Source: Squalus acanthias (Eukaryota). Taken from it: DNA of 64,000 nucleotides. The stretch spans positions 248,001 to 312,000 of the forward strand of contig JASTWF010000322.1 of NCBI GenBank assembly GCA_030390025.1, written 5' to 3'. Shown here piece after piece: positions 58,190 through 64,000 of this stretch. The notes beneath the pieces were generated by a model, which was not told the DNA's origin, searched no databases, and saw nothing but the letters and a program-made list of their open reading frames with translations. Made by a program: the position numbers and the translations under genes. Positions within the stretch are counted from its first letter, which is position 1; each line of letters begins with the position of its first letter.

Positions 58190-61100
58190 GTTACCATCGA
58201 AACAGGAGGAGGCCCGCTCAGCCAACTCGAGCCTGTTACACAGGAACAGGAGGAGGCCCATTCAGCCCCTCGAGCCTGTTACACAGGAACAGGAGGAGGC
58301 CCATTCAGCCCCCTCGAGCCTGTTACACAGGAACAGGAGGAGGCCCGTTCAGCCCCTCGAGTCTGTTACACAGGGACAGGAGGAGGCTCATTCAGCTGCT
58401 CGAGCCTGTGACACAGGAAGGAACAGGAGGAGGCTCATTTAGCCCCTCGAGGCTGTTACACAGGAACAGGAGGAGGCCCATTCAGCCCCCTTGAGCCTGT
58501 TACACGGGAACAGGAGGAGGCCCATTCAGCCCCTCGGGCCTGTTACACAGGGACAGGAGGAGGCCCATTCAGCCCCTCGAGCCTGTTACACAGGAACAGG
58601 AGGAGGCCCATTCAGCCCCTCCAACCTGTTACACAGGAACAGGAGGAGGCCAATTCTGCCCCTTGAGCCTGTTACACAGGAACAGGAGGCGGCCCATTCA
58701 GCCCCCTCGAGCCTGTTACACAGGAACAGGAGGAGGCCATTCAGCCCCTCGAGCCTGTTATACAGGAACCGGAGGAGGCCCATTCAGCCCCCTCGATTCT
58801 GTTACACAGGAACAGGAGGAGGCACATTCAGCCCCTCGAGCCTGTTACATAGGATCAGGGGGAGCCCAATTCAGCCCCTCGAGCCTGTTACACAGGAACA
58901 GGAGGAGGCCCATTCAGCCCCTCGAAACTGTTACACAGGAACAGGAGGAGGCCCGTTCAGCCCCCTCGATCCTGTTACACAGGAACCGGAGTTGGCCCAT
59001 TCAGCCCCCTCGAGCCTGTTACACAGGAACAGGGGGAGGCCCATTCAGCCCCCTCGATCCTGTAGCACAGGAACAGGAGAAGGCCCATTGAGCCCCCTCG
59101 AGCCTGTGACACAGGAACAGGAGGAGGCCCATTCAGCCCCCTCGAGTCTGTTACACAGGAACAGGAGGAGGCTCATTCAGCCCCTCGAGCCTGTTACACA
59201 GGAACAGGAGGAGGCTCATTCAGCCGCTCGAGCCTGTGACACAGGAACAGGAGGAGGCCCATTCAGCCCCTCGAGGCTGTTACACAGCAACAGGAGGAGG
59301 CCCATTCAGCCCCTCGAGCCTATTACACAGGAACAGGAGGAGGCCCATTCAGCCCCCTTGAGCCTGTTACACGGGAACAGGAGGAGGCCAATTCAGCCCC
59401 TCGGGCCTGTTACACAGGAACAGGAGGAGGCCCATTCAGCCCCTCGGGCCTGTTACACAGGAACAGGAGGAGGTCCATTCAGCCTCTCGGGCCTGTTACA
59501 CAGGAACAGGAGGAGGTCCATTCAGCCCCTCGAGCCTGTTACACAGGAACAGGAGGAGGTCCATTCAGCCCGTCGAGCCTGTTACACAGGATCAGGCGGA
59601 GGCCCATTCAGTCCCTCGACCCTGTTACACAAGAACAGGAGTAGGCCCATGCAGCCCCTCGAGCCTGTTACCATCGGAACAGGAGGAGGCCCATTCAACC
59701 CCCACGAGCCTGTTACACGGGAACAGGAGGAGGTCCATTCAGCCCCCTCGAGCCTGCTACACAGGAACAGGAGGAGGCCCATTCAACCCCCTCGATCATG
59801 TTACACAGGAACAGGAGAAGGCCAATTCTGCCCCTCGAGTCTGTTACACAGGAACAGGAGGAGGCCCATTCAGCCCCCTCGAGCCTGTTACACAGGAACA
59901 GGAGGAGGTCCATTCAGCCTCTCGGGCCTGTTACACAGGAACAGGAGGAGGTCCATTCAGCCCCTCGAGCCTGTTACACAGGAACAGGAGGAGGTCCATT
60001 CAGCCCCCCACCCACCCCCCCCCACCCCCGAGTCTGTTACACAGGAACAGGAGGAGGCCCATTCAGCCCCTCGAGCCTGTCACACAGGAGTAGGCCCATT
60101 CAGCCCCTCGAACCTGTCACACAGGAGTAGGCCCATTCAGCCCCCTCGAGCGTGTTACATAGGAACCGGAGGTGACCCATTCAGCCCACTCGAGCCTGTT
60201 ACACAGGAACAGGAGGAGGCCCATTCAGCCCCTCGAGCCTGTTACAAAGGAACAGGAGGAGGCCCATTCAGCCCCTCGAGCCTGTTACAAAGGAACAGGA
60301 GGAGGCCCATTCAGCCACTCGAGCCTGTTACACAGCAACAGGAGGAGGCCAATTCTGCCCCTCGAGCCTGTTACACAGCAACAGGAAGAAGCCCATTCAG
60401 CCCCTCGAACCTGTTACACAGGAACAGCAGGAGGCCCATTCAGCCCCTCCAACCTGTTACACAGGAACAGGAGGAGGCCAATTCTGCCCCTTGAGCCTGT
60501 TATACAGGAACAGAAGGAGGCCCATTCAGCCCCCTCGAGCCTGTTACACAGGAACCGGAGGAGGCCATTCAGCCCCTCGAGCCTGTTACACAGGAACAGG
60601 AGAAGGCCATTCAGCCCCTCGAGCCTGTTACACAGGAACAGGAGGAGGCCCATTCAGCCCCTCGAGCCTGTTACACAGGAACAGGAGGAGGCTCATTCAG
60701 CCCCCTCGAGTCTGTTACACGGGAACAGGAGTAGGCCCATTCAGCCCCTCGGGCCTGTTGTACAGGAACCGGAGGAGGCCAATTCTGCCCCTTGAGCCTG
60801 TTACACAGGAACAGGAGGAGGCCATTCAGCCCCTCGAGCCTGTTACACAGGAACAGGAGGAGGCCATTCAGCCCCTCGAGCCTGTTACACTGGAACAGGA
60901 GGAGGCCAATTCTGCCCTTTGAGCCTGTTACACAGGAACAGGAGGAGGCCCATTCAGCCTCTCGGGCCTGTTACACAGGAACCGGAGGAGGCCCATTCAG
61001 CCCCCTCGAGCCTGTTACACAGGAACAGGAGGAGGCCATTCAGCCCCTCGAGCCTGTTACACAGGAACAGGGGGAGGCCCATTCAGCCCCCTCGATCCTG

Positions 61101-64000
61101 TAGCACAGGAACAGGAGAAGGCCCATTCAGCCCCCTCGAGCCTGTGACACAGGAACAGGAGGAGGCCCATTCAGCCCCCTCGAGTCTGTTACACAGGAAC
61201 AGGAGGAGGCTCATTCAGCCCCTCGAGCCTGTTACACAGGAACAGGAGGAGGCTCATTCAGCCGCTCGAGCCTGTGACACAGGAACAGGAGGAGGCTCAT
61301 TTAGCCCCTCGAGGCTGTTACACAGCAACAGGAGGAGGCCCATTCAGCCCCTCGAGCCTATTACACAGGAACAGGAGGAGGCCCATTCAGCCCCCTTGAG
61401 CCTGTTACACGGGAACAGGAGGAGGCCAATTCAGCCCCTCGGGCCTGTTACACAGGAACAGGAGGAGGCCCATTCAGCCCCTCGGGCCTGTTACACAGGA
61501 ACAGGAGGAGGCCCATTCAGCCCCTCGAGCCTGTTACACAGGAACAGGCGGAGGCCATTCAGCCCCCCCGAGCCTGTTACACAGGAACAGGAGGAGGCCC
61601 ATTCAGTCCCTCGACCCTGTTACACAAGAACAGGAGTAGGCCCATTCAGCCCCTCGAGCCTGTTACCATCGGAACAGGAGGAGGCCCAATCAACCCCCAC
61701 GAGCCTGTTACACGGGAACAGGAGGAGGTCCATTCAGCCCCCTCGAGCCTGCTACACAGGAACAGGAGGAGGCCCATTCAACCCCCTCGATCATGTTACA
61801 CAGGAACAGGAGAAGGCCAATTCTGCCCCTCGAGCCTGTTACACAGGAACAGGAGGAGGCCCATTCAGCCCCCTCGAGCCTGTCACACAGGAACAGGAGG
61901 AGGCCCATTCAGCCCCCCGCCCCCCCCCCGATTCTGTTACACAGGAACAGGAGGAGGCCCATTCAGCCCCTCGAGCCTGTCACACAGGAGTAGGCCCATT
62001 CAGCCTCTCGAACCTGTCACACAGGAGTAGGCCCATTCAGCCCCCTCGAGCGTGTTACCTAGGAACCGGAGGTGACCCATTCAGCCCACTCGAGCCTGTT
62101 ACACAACAACAGGAGGAGGCCAATTCTGCCCCTCGAGCCTGTTACCCAACAACAGGAAGAAGCCCATTCAGCCCCTCGAACCTGTTACACAGGAACAGCA
62201 GGAGGCCCATTCAGCCCCTCCAACCTGTTACACAGGAACAGGAGGAGGCCAATTTTGCCCCTTGAGCCTGTTATACAGGAACAGAAGGAGGCCCATTCAG
62301 CCCCCTCGAGCCTGTTACACAGGAACAGGAGGAGGCCATTCAGCCCCTCGAGCCTGTTACACTGGAACAGGAGGAGGCCAATTCTGCCCTTTGAGCCTGT
62401 TACACAGGAACAGGAGGAGGCCCATTCAGCCTCTCGGGCCTGTTACACAGGAACCGGAGGAGGCCCATTCAGCCCCCTCGAGTCTGTAACACAGGAACAG
62501 GAGGAGGCTCATTCAGCCCCTCGAGCCTGTTACACAGGAACAGGAGGAGGCCCATTCAGCCCCCTCGAGCCTGTTACACAGGAACAGGAGGAGGCCCATT
62601 CAGCCCCCTCGAGCCTGTTACACAGGAACAGGAGGAGGCCCATTCAGCCCCCTCGAGCCTGTTACACAAGAACAAGAGGAGGCCCATTCAGCCCCCTCGA
62701 GTCTGTTACACAGGGACAGGAGGAGGCCAATTCTGCCCTTTGAGCCTGTCACAAAGGAACAGGAGGAGGCCCATTCAGCCTCTCGGGCCTGTTACACAGG
62801 AACAGGAGGAGGCCCATTCAGCCTCTCGGGCCTGTTACACAGGAACAGGAGGAGGCCCATTCAGCCCCCTCGAGCCTGTTACAGGGGAACAGGAGTAGGC
62901 CCATTCATCCCCTCGGGCCTGTTGCACAGGAACAGGAGGAGGCCCATTCAGCCCCCTCGATCCTGTTACACAGGAACAGGAGGAGGCTCATTTAGCCCCT
63001 CGAGGCTGTTACACAGCAACAGGAGGAGGCCCATTCAGCCCCTCGAGCCTATTACACAGGAACAGGAGGAGGCCCATTCAGCCCCTCGAGCCTGCTGCAC
63101 AGGAACAGGAGGAGGCCAATTCTGCCTCTCGAGCCTGTTGCACAGGAACAGGAGGAGGCTCATCCATTCCCTCGATCCTGTTACACAGGAACCGGAGGAG
63201 GCCCATTCTGCCCCCTCGAGCCTGTTACACAGGAACCGGAGGAGGCCCATTCAGTCCCCCCGAGCCTGTTACACAGGAACAGGAGAAGGCCCATTCAGCT
63301 CCTCGAGCCTGTTACACAGGAACAGGAGGAGGCTCATTCAGCCCCTCGAGCCTGTTACACGGGAACAGGAGTAGGCCCATTCAGCCCCTCGGGCCTGTTG
63401 TACAGGAACAGGAGGAGGCCCATTCAGCCCCCTCGATCCTGTTACACAGGAACCGGAGGAGGCCCATTCAGCCCCTCGAGCCTGTTACACAGGAACCGGA
63501 GGAGGCCCATTCAGCCCCTCGAGCCTGTTACACAGGAACAGGAGGAGGCCCATTCAGTCCCCTCGATCCTGTTACACAGGAACAGGAGGAGGCCCATTCA
63601 GCCCCCTCGAGCCTGTTACACAGGAACCGGAGGAGGCCCATTCAGCCCCCTCGAGCCTGTTACACAGGAACAGGAGGAGGCTCATTTAGCCCCTCGAGGC
63701 TGTTACACAGCAACAGGAGGAGGCCCATTCAGCCCCTCGAGCCTATTACACAGGAACAGGAGGAGGACCATTCAGCCCCTTCGAGCCTGTTACACAGGAA
63801 CAGGAGGAGGCCCATTCAGCCCCTCGAGCCTGCTGCACAGGAACAGGAGGAGGCCAATTCTGCCTCTCGAGCCTGTTGCACAGGAACAGGAGGAGGCTCA
63901 TCCATTCCCTCGATCCTGTTACACAGGAACCGGAGGAGGCCCATTCTGCCCCCTCGAGCCTGTTACACAGGAACCGGAGGAGGCCCATTCAGTCCCCCCG
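58190..64000 (+). repeat. 42-43 bp minisatellite (>130 units, runs off the window) in the intron of zinc-finger gene 2
   Basis: Same unit as 22503-22935; larger blocks within the array are duplicated. Confidence 0.97.

Noticed and set aside
56542..58494. 650-aa + strand ORF
   Set aside because: Antisense shadow of the GC-rich zinc-finger CDS plus satellite; no domain, and a non-ATG start in a G-run.
58491..62743. Long ORFs (667, 448 and 223 aa) in the 42-bp array
   Set aside because: The unit has almost no stops on +; the translation cycles through all three frames of the monomer, and no gene signals are evident.

Overview
Eukaryotic (vertebrate) DNA, very probably from a cartilaginous fish. 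That is inferred from the repeats: CR1/HER1-type LINEs, a Deu-domain SINE resembling SacSINE1, and a V-SINE/HE1-like fragment. Most of the window is nested retroelement debris and minisatellites, with one 200-N gap. Host genes: (1) the last coding exon of a non-muscle myosin II heavy chain (MYH10/MYH14-like, + strand, 5819-6032), which the ORF track misses; (2) two minus-strand C2H2 zinc-finger genes with 5 and 6 fingers, each with a splice acceptor and a poly(A) signal, and the first with a CpG-island first exon. Mobile elements: a near full-length Penelope-like element (RT + GIY-YIG, one frameshift) with direct pseudo-LTRs; a second Penelope-like family with inverted pLTRs; L2, RTE and many CR1 fragments; two MITE-like inserts. 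Main observations: (a) two families of minimal type-I hammerhead ribozyme motifs with palindromic stem III in the Penelope pLTRs; (b) a SINE built as tRNA head + 88-bp VNTR + Deu domain + tail, present six times and usually 5'-truncated inside the VNTR; (c) six minisatellite families, each cut from a defined piece of a local retroelement, five of them recurring with the same unit at separate loci; (d) each host coding exon lies just downstream of a multi-kb 41-50 bp satellite. Repeat boundaries and family names were judged by eye and are approximate.
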